From positions 64,137 to 128,136 of the forward strand of contig JANLHB010000016.1 of NCBI GenBank assembly GCA_024654625.1: a stretch of DNA of 64,000 nucleotides. Direction: 5' to 3'. A program made the translations under genes and the position numbers. How positions within the stretch are numbered: position 1 is the first letter of the stretch; each line of letters opens with the position of its first letter. The notes beneath the pieces are model-generated. The model saw only the letters and a list, made by a program, of their open reading frames with translations. It did not search any database and was not told the DNA's origin. Shown here in pieces: positions 10,353-19,334 of this stretch. The stretch comes from Patescibacteria group bacterium (GTDB taxonomy: Bacteria; Patescibacteriota; Minisyncoccia; GCA-002772825).

Positions 10353-11919
10353 GAGGTATTTATTTCTTATTATTGTTCTGCTTTTCGGAGCTTTTTATAT
10401 TTTTAATTTCGTATTTTCTTATAAAGATATTTCTTTTGCTTCAGGTGGCACTCAGGAAGATTTTATACTTGAATATAATGCGGGAAAGAATTTTTCAATA
10501 AAAGGTTTTGGAAAATTGTTTTTTCTTCCTGATTATTCTACTGATTTTAAAACGGACAGCCAACCTGTATTTTATACTCACAATCCGTCTTTACCGTCAG
10601 TTCTTCAGGGTTTTTTGATAGAATTAAGTTTTGATGTTTTTCAGTCAAGAGTATTCTACGCGATAATTTCCTTGGTCGGGATTGCTTTTTTATATCTGTT
10701 TATCAGCGCAATAGCATCAGTGCCTGCTGCTGTTTTTACTTCTTTGTTTTTGGTTCTAAATTTCAGCGGATTTTTAAGTTTAGCGGATCATAGTCAGTAC
10801 TCTTTAAGCTTTCCTATTTTGTTCGGCTATTTGTGGTTAAGATACACTGATATACCAAAAAAATATTTGATTATATCGTCTTTATTCTTTGTTGCTGTTT
10901 TTGCTAATTTTATGCTTGCGGCATTTATGCTTATTTTGGAAGTTTTGCTCGGAATTTTTGAGAAGAACATGAAGTTATCTTTTCTAGCTTTTTTGGCTGT
11001 TATTGGGGGAAGCGTTATTCATATTATTCAGAATATGATAGCCCTCACGCCTTTTGTAGCTTTTCAGGATATATGGCTTACTATACAAAATAGGTTTTTT
11101 AGCATTCCTTCCAGAATGGAGCTTCTGGGTTTTTATCAGGCTAATGACATTGTTCTTTGGGGGTCTAATGCATCTCCACCTTTGAGTAATTATTTATCTG
11201 GCACTATACCTTTTTATTTGTTCAAAATACCATTAACAATAGGAATAATTTTTACTTCTCTTTTTTATATTTTTAGACAAGGTATTATCTATAAAAATAT
11301 AAAATTTATAACCCCTTTATTTTTTTCTGTTTTTATATGGCAGACTATATTTCTTCCAACAATAGGAAATCATCCCTTGTTTTTTCACGCCTTTATGGTT
11401 ATTTTTCTAGGTTTGGTTCTTGGTGATTTGTTTCGCGTCCTTATTGAAAATATAGACACTAATAATGATTTTATAATATTGATTAAGGAAATCTTATTTA
11501 AAATTATAATTTTTGTCGCTATGATTCTTATTGTTTTGGAATACTTTACATGGGCAGCCGGCATAAGCCAAGATGAAAGGCTTCCTGTCATATTGGCGAC
11601 TCTGGAGAATTATCAAGATAAGACTTTTTTTACTAATATTACGCCAAATACCGTATCATTTAAAACAGGCGCTTGGTCCGTGGGTTTTTGTCTTCCAGAT
11701 GGTCTTATAGATATAGATGCTTCAAATTGTTATTCTAAGTTTTCAGGACTTAGTAATGAAAAATTGATACCGGATTATATACTTTTATCATCTTATGCTT
11801 ATGCTTTTGAATGTTCGCGCGAATGTTTCTTTAGCTTGAAGAATAAGCTGATTGCTAAATATGAATTAGTTGAAGAAATAAATAATGGGGAAGATGTAAT
11901 ATATAAAGTTAAAAAATAA
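10330..11919 (+). CDS. polytopic membrane protein, distant member of the same GT-C-like family
   Basis: Many TM helices. It retains an FYTHNPSLPS..GFL loop motif reminiscent of the YYTHYP.GYL motif of the four paralogues. Confidence 0.5.
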   Translation: MARFILNKRYLFLIIVLLFGAFYIFNFVFSYKDISFASGGTQEDFILEYNAGKNFSIKGFGKLFFLPDYSTDFKTDSQPVFYTHNPSLPSVLQGFLIELSFDVFQSRVFYAIISLVGIAFLYLFISAIASVPAAVFTSLFLVLNFSGFLSLADHSQYSLSFPILFGYLWLRYTDIPKKYLIISSLFFVAVFANFMLAAFMLILEVLLGIFEKNMKLSFLAFLAVIGGSVIHIIQNMIALTPFVAFQDIWLTIQNRFFSIPSRMELLGFYQANDIVLWGSNASPPLSNYLSGTIPFYLFKIPLTIGIIFTSLFYIFRQGIIYKNIKFITPLFFSVFIWQTIFLPTIGNHPLFFHAFMVIFLGLVLGDLFRVLIENIDTNNDFIILIKEILFKIIIFVAMILIVLEYFTWAAGISQDERLPVILATLENYQDKTFFTNITPNTVSFKTGAWSVGFCLPDGLIDIDASNCYSKFSGLSNEKLIPDYILLSSYAYAFECSRECFFSLKNKLIAKYELVEEINNGEDVIYKVKK

Positions 11920-11921
11920 TT

Positions 11922-13595
11922 TTAAGGAACAATCAATATCTTTTTATCTTTAATAATTATGGACTGGACCCGGCCATTATCATCTTTTGGAGATTTTGTA
12001 TATATTAGGTCAATTAAGGTTTTTGTTTTTGCTTCAGTCGGCAATATTATTAGAGCTGAAAAAGGATATTCAGATATTTGTTTCAGGTAAGTGAAGTCGC
12101 GAACCAAATCCTCTTTGTCATCAAAGTATAAAATAGGCATATCGTGGTAATACATATCATAATAACGCGTCATTGTCGGTGTGATTGAGTCGCCGTAATA
12201 CTCCGGAGGAAACATGGTGAATATTACAGTATCTTCTAAAGCAAACGGCTTAAGAGAATTTTTTAGTTCATACGCAAAATCTATCTTCTCTTGTTCGTAT
12301 GTGTTATTAGGCCACTGTTTTATATAAGCGAACGTCCTGCTCGTCTGCAGTGACCACATAAAAATACTTAAAGAAATTAAAACAAGAACAAAGATTTTTT
12401 GCGAGAGTTGTTTTTTTATAATCCAATAAATCATAAATATAAATATACCTGCTATAAAAGCCGCAAATACTCCCAATATCCGTCCTTTATAAGGATGATT
12501 ATCTGTCAGTATAAGAGATTGGAAAAAAGCACTTCCTCCTAAGAGTATCGCATACTTGTATATATCGGGTATTGTGCTATTTATATATTTTATTTTTCTT
12601 AACTTGAAAAATGCGACTACAATGGTGGCGATAAAGATCAAAGCATAACGCAATCGGAAAGAGAAAGCAAAAGCCTCAGTTATGGGAAATAGTATTCCTT
12701 GCAGAAAACGCTGTTTTATAAAATTTTGCCCTGAATTTGAAGCAAGTGGAATAGCATTGAAAGCGCCAAAAAAGTCTGAAAGCATATTGTAGAAGCCTAA
12801 ATACCATGAGTTTTGGATTACCTGGACACCAAATGCTAAAACAGGCGCGCAGGAGAAGAGAAGCCATTTTTTCCATGGAAAATTCTTGACGATCAGGATA
12901 TCAAGACCTATGAGCCAGAAAAAGACAAAAAAAGTTGAATCGTAAGAAGATACGGAGAGGACGAAATAAGAGAGCCATGCCCACATGCTATAAGTAAAAT
13001 ATTTTTTGCTATTACTTATGTTTTTGATGGCCAGCACACTAAGAAATAGGATAATAAAACGAAAAAAGTCGTCTATCGGCATATTGGCCAGCGAATCGGC
13101 AAAGTCTAAAAAGGGAACGGATATCATGTAAAACAACACAGCGAAAAACGCGATTGCTTTATTGCTGATCAAAATAAAAAATTTATACAGCAAAAACAAG
13201 CTTCCCATGGAAATGAGTATCTGAAATAACCTAAACCAAAATCGGTTTTCAAAACCAAGCTCCATTAAAAAGGCGAGAGGAAATAAATAACCTGACGGAT
13301 AATGCGTATAATATGTTTGTTTTGTGCCTTTGCCCCCGGTAACATCAACCCAGGCATGTTGTTTTAAATTTGGATCATCAAAATAATGCGTTGTTTTTGA
13401 ATATCCTGCAGGAATAAACAAGAAATAATGATTTGTCCATCCATCATTTACCCAATGTTTGATGCTCATCATCGTCTGGGCTGAGCCAAAACCCCAACCG
13501 TCCCAACTATTTTCATGAGTAGCTTTTACGGTTAGGTATATACCAATAATACTGATAAATGTTATTAATAGGTATGTTAAGAAATGTTTTTTCAT
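11922..13595 (-). CDS. paralogue D of the membrane-protein family (minus strand)
   Basis: Carries WDGWGFGSAQTMMS..HW..DGW, YYTHYPSGYLFPLAFLMELGFENRFWFR, ADSLANMPIDD and SSYDSTFFVFFWLIGLDI. The C-terminus is divergent. Confidence 0.6.
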   Translation of the reverse strand: MKKHFLTYLLITFISIIGIYLTVKATHENSWDGWGFGSAQTMMSIKHWVNDGWTNHYFLFIPAGYSKTTHYFDDPNLKQHAWVDVTGGKGTKQTYYTHYPSGYLFPLAFLMELGFENRFWFRLFQILISMGSLFLLYKFFILISNKAIAFFAVLFYMISVPFLDFADSLANMPIDDFFRFIILFLSVLAIKNISNSKKYFTYSMWAWLSYFVLSVSSYDSTFFVFFWLIGLDILIVKNFPWKKWLLFSCAPVLAFGVQVIQNSWYLGFYNMLSDFFGAFNAIPLASNSGQNFIKQRFLQGILFPITEAFAFSFRLRYALIFIATIVVAFFKLRKIKYINSTIPDIYKYAILLGGSAFFQSLILTDNHPYKGRILGVFAAFIAGIFIFMIYWIIKKQLSQKIFVLVLISLSIFMWSLQTSRTFAYIKQWPNNTYEQEKIDFAYELKNSLKPFALEDTVIFTMFPPEYYGDSITPTMTRYYDMYYHDMPILYFDDKEDLVRDFTYLKQISEYPFSALIILPTEAKTKTLIDLIYTKSPKDDNGRVQSIIIKDKKILIVP

Positions 13596-14965
13596 ATTTT
13601 GGTTTTTTTTGTTAAGTCGAGCAGGCCTGATATTGCAAACATAATAATAAATGGCGAAGCGGAAAAGCGATAGCGTATCATATCTCCTGCCGCCATATTC
13701 CCTATGAGAAGCAGATAAAGTATTATAGACGCAATTAGTATTATATAGGATCTGGTGTTTGTATCTGATTTTTTAAATAAAATAATAGCGCCTAAAACGG
13801 ACAATAATAAAGTTACTATCCAAAAAATTGTTCCAAATATCATTATTAATGCAGCGATTATTTCTTTTGAATGGAAGTTTGAAATCTTTTTTATATTGAG
13901 TTCTAAAATGGCATTTTTTACTTCTTTATGGTAATTGACTTGTCCGCTTGTCCCTTTGATTAGATTTCTTATGGATCCCCACCATGATGAACCAACAGTA
14001 TCTGTCAGAAGATGCTTGAAGTAAAAAGCGGTGAAGCCTAATGGTTTTGATAAAATTATTTTTGTTGATTTTTTTATGGCCGCGGAGGTCTTGTCTAAGT
14101 GGCCTGATTCTTTAAATTTTGGCAAGCCGCTTTCTTTCGGTATTTCTGTCGGTGTATTTTTGAATCCTTTTTGTTCTGCTTTAAATTGCGAGGCGGTTAT
14201 ATAGATACTTGAAGCGTTATCTGAAGAGATTTGCCAAGAATTGAAAGTAATATAATTTCTAAAGGACCACGGTAATAAAAGAATAACATATATAGAGAAT
14301 ATCATACTGAGTTGAATTAATGTTTTCTTTGAAAACATACTGTTTAAGAAATTTAAATTTTCTGTCTTACTGTTAGCGTATATTATAGTGGGCGCAAATA
14401 TCATCGGCAGTAATAAAGAGGTTGGTCTTATGTATGTTAAAGTTGCAAGTAATAATGCGGCGATAAGTATAAAATATTTTGTATTTTTTATTTCACCTGT
14501 GTATTTTATAAAAATACAAACGATTATAAGGAGGAAAAGAATATAAATAGGCTCTGTAAAAAATTGAGATGATATGTCTATAGCGTATAATTCAAAAGCC
14601 CATATTAATGATACGGCTATTGACCAAGATTGATTTAGCCATTTTCTTGAAATTAAATACAAAAGAACAGCGCTTATGCCGGCTATAGCGTGCTGGATAA
14701 ATAAAACGGCCCACCAGTTTTTGAATATACTAAAAATTACAGCTAGAAAAAGAGGATACCCGGGCATTCTTAGGGCCGTAGGGTTAATGCCGTCAAGTGA
14801 GAAGGAGAATGATTTGGATAAATTTTCGGCTATCTGAAAGTAATAATCAGTAGTTAATCCTTCGAGCGGAAGATTGTTGGCTATTTTTAAAAGTGTGAAA
14901 AAGCTATATACTATAAATACTGAGAGAAATATCAAAAGTTCAGTCTTTCTTGTTTTAAGCGTCAT
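13592..14965 (-). CDS. GT-C fold membrane glycosyltransferase, PMT_2/ArnT-like
   Basis: Has the LRMPGYPLFLAVIF loop motif and many TM helices. Its start overlaps the upstream gene. Confidence 0.6.
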   Translation of the reverse strand: MTLKTRKTELLIFLSVFIVYSFFTLLKIANNLPLEGLTTDYYFQIAENLSKSFSFSLDGINPTALRMPGYPLFLAVIFSIFKNWWAVLFIQHAIAGISAVLLYLISRKWLNQSWSIAVSLIWAFELYAIDISSQFFTEPIYILFLLIIVCIFIKYTGEIKNTKYFILIAALLLATLTYIRPTSLLLPMIFAPTIIYANSKTENLNFLNSMFSKKTLIQLSMIFSIYVILLLPWSFRNYITFNSWQISSDNASSIYITASQFKAEQKGFKNTPTEIPKESGLPKFKESGHLDKTSAAIKKSTKIILSKPLGFTAFYFKHLLTDTVGSSWWGSIRNLIKGTSGQVNYHKEVKNAILELNIKKISNFHSKEIIAALIMIFGTIFWIVTLLLSVLGAIILFKKSDTNTRSYIILIASIILYLLLIGNMAAGDMIRYRFSASPFIIMFAISGLLDLTKKTKI

Positions 14966-14988
14966 AAATTTTAATAAATAAATTATAA

Positions 14989-16356
14989 ATGAATTATCTA
15001 TATTTTACAAAGAAATATTGGTTTCCGATTCTAGTGCTTCTCATTATCATCGTCAATGCTTTAATCTTCCTGCCCAAGTATGGCGCGTGGGGTGGACCCA
15101 CTGATGTGGAATATAACGAGACTGCTATTAACATGGCAAATGGCGACGGCTTTTCTTTGGGTGGAGAGAGAACGATGTTTCGTGAGCCGGCTTATCCTTT
15201 CTTTTTGGCTTTGAACTATAGGTTATTTGGGGTTAATTGGACAATAATTAGGATAGAGCAATTTTTATTGCTGTTTCTAATAATTTATCTTACCTATATA
15301 ATTTCTTATGAGATTTTTGGTGTTTTAACGGCGAGAATCGCCTCCTTGGCAATAGTTGTGTTGCCGATATTTCCTATATATGCCACAGATATTATTTCCG
15401 AAATTTTTGCCGCTTTTTTGGTAGTTTTATTTATTTATTTATTTTTAAAAAGTCTAAGCTTCAAAAAGGTGAGACCTTTTTATGTGGAAAAAGGTCTCAC
15501 CTTTTTGTTATTAAGCGGGTTGGTCTTTGGAATACTGGCTCTTACAAAAAGTATTTTTATTTTTTTACCTGTTTTGATTTTGCCGATCTATTTATTAAAG
15601 GACAGAAAATATGGTTTAAAAAATATAGTATTATTCTTTTTTGCTTTTTTAGTTATTGTATCCCCATGGGTTTATAGAAATTATATAAATTTTGGAAATA
15701 TGGCTATTGCCGATAGAGGGGGGATGCTTATGTATCTTCACTCTATAAAAAGCGAATTTAGCGTCAATAAATTGAAAGATTATGCTGTCGCCTCTTTAAC
15801 CGGAGAATATATCGTCCGTCTTTATAATCCGGATTTTAATATTGTTGAGGGAGAGGGGATATACCTGATGAATCAGCATAGGGCAGAACTTTTAAATAAT
15901 GGATTGAATTTCTCCCAAGCTGATGAAGTGATGTCAAAAGAGGCTGAAGTATTATATCTGAAGCATCCTGTTAAAAATTTGTTAATAGGCTTCTTGGAGG
16001 TAGCGAAAGTTAATGCGCCTATGGCGCCAAAGTACTCTATAATGTTCGCTTTCCCTGAAGATATCGGCAGTTCACTTTTTGAAAAGGTTATGAAAACGGG
16101 AATTGTCTTAATTATAAGGCTATTATGGGCTATTATCTTGCTTATGGCTTTTTGGGGCGCTTATAAGGCTTTAAGAGAAAAAAATATAAAAGCTATAGTG
16201 ATGTTATTTTTTATAATTTATCTAAATGGTGTAATTTTTTTTCTGCAAGGCGTGCCAAGATTTATTTTTGTAATTTATCCTTTTTATTTTATTTTTTTTG
16301 CTTTCAGTATTTCTATTATTTTAAATAAATTTTTTTATGGAAATAAAGAATTATAA
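14989..16356 (+). CDS. GT-C fold membrane glycosyltransferase, PMT_2/ArnT-like
   Basis: Has the FREPAYPFFLALNYRLFG motif. It is transcribed divergently from 13592-14965 with only 23 bp between the two start codons. Confidence 0.6.
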   Translation: MNYLYFTKKYWFPILVLLIIIVNALIFLPKYGAWGGPTDVEYNETAINMANGDGFSLGGERTMFREPAYPFFLALNYRLFGVNWTIIRIEQFLLLFLIIYLTYIISYEIFGVLTARIASLAIVVLPIFPIYATDIISEIFAAFLVVLFIYLFLKSLSFKKVRPFYVEKGLTFLLLSGLVFGILALTKSIFIFLPVLILPIYLLKDRKYGLKNIVLFFFAFLVIVSPWVYRNYINFGNMAIADRGGMLMYLHSIKSEFSVNKLKDYAVASLTGEYIVRLYNPDFNIVEGEGIYLMNQHRAELLNNGLNFSQADEVMSKEAEVLYLKHPVKNLLIGFLEVAKVNAPMAPKYSIMFAFPEDIGSSLFEKVMKTGIVLIIRLLWAIILLMAFWGAYKALREKNIKAIVMLFFIIYLNGVIFFLQGVPRFIFVIYPFYFIFFAFSISIILNKFFYGNKEL

Positions 16357-17062
16357 ATTAAAACTTACAATAGTAGTACCGGCTTTTAACGAAGAAAAGA
16401 ATCTTGAGTTTACCATAAGAGGACTCATGTACGTTCTAAATGAAAAACGCTTAGAAAATTATGAAATCATTATTTTTGATGACTCTTCATCTGATAGAAC
16501 AGGAATTATTGCTGATCGGCTTGCCTTAGAAAATAAGGGAATAAAGGTGATTCATAATAAGATAAATATGGGCTTTGGCTACAATTATAAGAAGGGTGTA
16601 GAAATGTCAGCCGGAGAGTATGTGATGATTATCCCAGGGGATAATGAAGTAATATCTTCTTCTTTTGGATACTTGATTGATTCAATAGGCAAGGCAGATA
16701 TAGTCTTAAGCTATATTGATAACGTAAAAGAACGATCTTGGATTCGCAGGATAATTTCATTTTTTTATGTTAAGTTTTTGAATTTTCTTTTTAGTTTGAA
16801 TATGAAATATTATAACGGGATAAGCATATATCCTGTTTCATTGGTTAAAAAAACTATGCCGACAACTTTTGGTTTTGCCTTTGCGGCGGAGATTGCAATA
16901 AGACTTTTAAAGTCAGGGGCGACTTATATTGAGGTTCCAATGTTTATAAGGCCAACTAATAAGACTTCGGCTTTTAGATTGAAAAATATTATAAGTGTTA
17001 TGAAAACTATAATTATTCTTTTCTGGAGTATTAATATAAAAAAAGAGAGAGCGGAAATTTGA
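16337..17062 (+). CDS. GT2 glycosyltransferase, DPM1/GtrB-like polyprenyl-phosphate glycosyltransferase
   Basis: IVVPAFNEEKNL, an IIFDDSSSD DxD-type motif, and a C-terminal membrane anchor. It is a paralogue of 21897-22619. Confidence 0.75.
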   Translation: MEIKNYKLKLTIVVPAFNEEKNLEFTIRGLMYVLNEKRLENYEIIIFDDSSSDRTGIIADRLALENKGIKVIHNKINMGFGYNYKKGVEMSAGEYVMIIPGDNEVISSSFGYLIDSIGKADIVLSYIDNVKERSWIRRIISFFYVKFLNFLFSLNMKYYNGISIYPVSLVKKTMPTTFGFAFAAEIAIRLLKSGATYIEVPMFIRPTNKTSAFRLKNIISVMKTIIILFWSINIKKERAEI

Positions 17063-17086
17063 CACCCTTTACTTTTCTCATATAAA
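17059..17086 (+). promoter_or_regulatory. sigma70-like promoter TTGACA-N16-TATAAA upstream of the GT9 gene
   Basis: TTGACA at 17059-17064 and TATAAA at 17081-17086. The downstream leader is shared with the three radical-SAM leaders. Confidence 0.5.
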
Positions 17087-17158
17087 AGTTAGTATATTTT
17101 TGGAAGATAAAATAAAATATTCGGTTCTTTAATTTAAACATAAATAAGGGGGTGTAAA

Positions 17159-18172
17159 GTGAAGAAAGAAAAAGTCCTTATAATAAAGCCCGGGTATTCC
17201 GAGACGCTTGTAAATGACATCGGAACAAAAACAAGCCTTGGTGATGTGCTAAGAAGCACTGTCATATTGCCTTTGTATAAAGATGCTCATGTCACATGGC
17301 TAGTAGATGAGAAGGCAGTATCTTTGCTCAAGGGGAATATCTACATCGACAGGATAATGACTTACGATCTCACGAGTATCTTACAGCTTCAGAAGGAGAG
17401 GTTTGATACTGTCATAAACCTTGAGAAGGTTGGCGGACTTTGCGCCCTCGCCGATAGTATAAATGGCTGGAGGCGATACGGTTTCAGGTTTGACCCTGAG
17501 ATCGGAGAAATCAAGGCTTATGACGGTTCTCAGCATGTCGTGGAGCTGTGTTCAAATCTTGACGGGAAACGCTCTAACCAGAAGCTATGGGAAGAGTTTC
17601 TCTTTGAGATGGTGGGCGCCAAGTGGGATGGCGAGATGCCTATTCTTGGTTACAAACCGAAATCAAAAGAGATTTTTGACATCGGCTTTAACCACAATGT
17701 CGGCGATAAATGGCCAATAAAGGCGTGGCCTAAAGATTACTGGGAAAAATTACAGCAATTTATCGGCGGAAGATTTTCTGTTTCATGGCAACAGGGACTC
17801 GGCTCTATAGAAGAGTATATAGAGTGGATAAGTTCTTGCCGTTTTATTATCACTAACGACAGTCTTGGTCTGCACATCGCTCACGCCCTTGATAAAAAGA
17901 TCATCGCCCTTTTTGGCCCAACTGTTTCAGGTGAAGTGTATGTTAGGAAAGGGATAAAGCTTTTACCTGATCCTAGGCCGGATTGCCTCCCGTGTATGAG
18001 CAATATATGCAAGCAAGGAGTGTCTTGCATGTATGACATAAGACCGGAGAGGGTGCTCGCTGAAGTCAACAATCTAATGTCGGGTGGCGAGACTTCTTCG
18101 GGCGAAAGTGATATTCAAGAGAAGCGCGGTCTTATCCCTTCTAAGCCGGATTTCAAAGGTATCGGCTATTGA
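17159..18172 (+). CDS. GT9 family glycosyltransferase (ADP-heptose:LPS heptosyltransferase-like)
   Basis: GTG start. An N-terminal KVLIIKPGYS..GD block and a C-terminal FIITNDSLGLHIAHALDKKIIALFGPT block match the GT9 signature. GC is higher than the surrounding genes. Confidence 0.6.
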   Translation: MKKEKVLIIKPGYSETLVNDIGTKTSLGDVLRSTVILPLYKDAHVTWLVDEKAVSLLKGNIYIDRIMTYDLTSILQLQKERFDTVINLEKVGGLCALADSINGWRRYGFRFDPEIGEIKAYDGSQHVVELCSNLDGKRSNQKLWEEFLFEMVGAKWDGEMPILGYKPKSKEIFDIGFNHNVGDKWPIKAWPKDYWEKLQQFIGGRFSVSWQQGLGSIEEYIEWISSCRFIITNDSLGLHIAHALDKKIIALFGPTVSGEVYVRKGIKLLPDPRPDCLPCMSNICKQGVSCMYDIRPERVLAEVNNLMSGGETSSGESDIQEKRGLIPSKPDFKGIGY

Positions 18173-18200
18173 TTTATGTCCGATCTTGATGTTCTATCGC

Positions 18201-18243
18201 CCCTCATCTTTTCTTATAAAAGAAAAGATGAGGGGTTTTTTTC
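18201..18243 (+). terminator. rho-independent terminator
   Basis: Stem CCCCTCATCTTTTC / GAAAAGATGAGGGG followed by T7. Confidence 0.75.
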
Positions 18244-18327
18244 TTGCAAAAATGCGAAATAATGATATCGTTTAAGTGGAAAAAAGAAGGTCTTTAACTT
18301 TTAAATATAAATAACAGGAGGGTTAAA
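18244..18327 (+). promoter_or_regulatory. promoter TTGCAA-N16-TATCGT plus conserved 5' leader (copy 1 of 3 near-identical units)
   Basis: TTGCAA at 18244-18249 and TATCGT at 18266-18271. The leader ...GTTTAAGTGGAAAA...GGTCTTTAACTTTTAAATATAAATAACAGGAGG precedes the ATG at 18328. Confidence 0.6.
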
Positions 18328-19203
18328 ATGGAGAAGAAAGTTATGTTGCCGTCAGTAAAGATTCCCGAGCCTTATAATTACATAGCGGTGTTTTTAACAC
18401 TTGCTTGTAACTTAAAGTGCAGTTACTGCATCAATGACTTTGAGTCAGGATCCAAAAAGAAAGGCGGGGAGCTTTTATCCGGAGATGAGTGGATAACCGG
18501 TCTAAAGAGGATTATCTCAAGATCAGACCTGCCTGTAACTCTTCAAGGCGGAGAGCCAAGCTTGCATAAGGATTTTATATACATACTTAATAATATAAAA
18601 TCCGAATTGCATGTAGATGTTCTTACGAATCTTCAGTTTAACGTTGATGAGTTTATCAAGAAGGTTGACCCGAATCGCGTGAAGAGAGAATCACCTTACG
18701 CATCTATACGAGTGAGTTATCACCCTGAGCAGGTGAACCTCGGCTCCTTGGTAAATAAAGTTTTGAAGATGCAGTATGTAGGGTTTCATATAGGTATCTG
18801 GGGCGTGATGCATCCTGCTCAGAAGGGGTATATCCTTGACGCCCAGAGACATTGCCTTTATCAGGGAATAGATTTTCGCCTTAAAGAATTTCTCGGTGAG
18901 CATAAAGGAAAGATGTACGGGGAATATAAGTATCCTGAAGCTTGCAATAGAGAATCAAAAAAAACGGTTCTTTGTAAGACGACTGAGCTTATCATCGGTC
19001 CTGACGGATCGGTATACCGCTGTACAGCTGACCTCTATGAAGGCAGAGAACCGGTAGGGCATATCCTTGATCCGGATTTCAGGATAGAGGATAAATACAG
19101 GCCATGTAACTGGTATGGCCATTGCAACCCGTGTGACATAAAAGTGAAGACCAATCGTCATCAAAAGTTTGGTCACACTTCTGTTGATATAATCGGAGCT
19201 TAG
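18328..19203 (+). CDS. radical SAM protein with C-terminal Cys-rich (SPASM/twitch-like) domain
   Basis: CNLKCSYC (CxxxCxxC) near the N-terminus and a TLQGGEP SAM motif. C-terminal cysteine clusters are CKTTELIIGPDGSVYRC and CNWYGHCNPC. It resembles BtrN/anSME-type dehydrogenases in size and layout. Confidence 0.7.
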   Translation: MEKKVMLPSVKIPEPYNYIAVFLTLACNLKCSYCINDFESGSKKKGGELLSGDEWITGLKRIISRSDLPVTLQGGEPSLHKDFIYILNNIKSELHVDVLTNLQFNVDEFIKKVDPNRVKRESPYASIRVSYHPEQVNLGSLVNKVLKMQYVGFHIGIWGVMHPAQKGYILDAQRHCLYQGIDFRLKEFLGEHKGKMYGEYKYPEACNRESKKTVLCKTTELIIGPDGSVYRCTADLYEGREPVGHILDPDFRIEDKYRPCNWYGHCNPCDIKVKTNRHQKFGHTSVDIIGA

Positions 19204-19220
19204 AGTAACTATTTAACACC

Positions 19221-19254
19221 AACCCCGCCAGTTTTAAATGGCGGGGTTTTTTTA
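19221..19254 (+). terminator. rho-independent terminator
   Basis: Stem AACCCCGCC / GGCGGGGTT followed by a T-run. Confidence 0.75.
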
Positions 19255-19334
19255 TTGCAAAAACATAGAATAATGGTATGGTTTAAATGGAAAAGGATAT
19301 ATAAACTTGAACTTTAAAATAAAAGGAGGCGTTA
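19255..19334 (+). promoter_or_regulatory. promoter TTGCAA-N16-TATGGT plus conserved leader (copy 2)
   Basis: Near-identical to 18244-18327 and 20541-20632. Confidence 0.6.

Noticed and set aside
18084-18275. 63-aa ORF spanning the GT9 terminator and the rSAM promoter.
   Set aside because: It runs through a strong intrinsic terminator hairpin and the conserved promoter, and is most likely non-coding.
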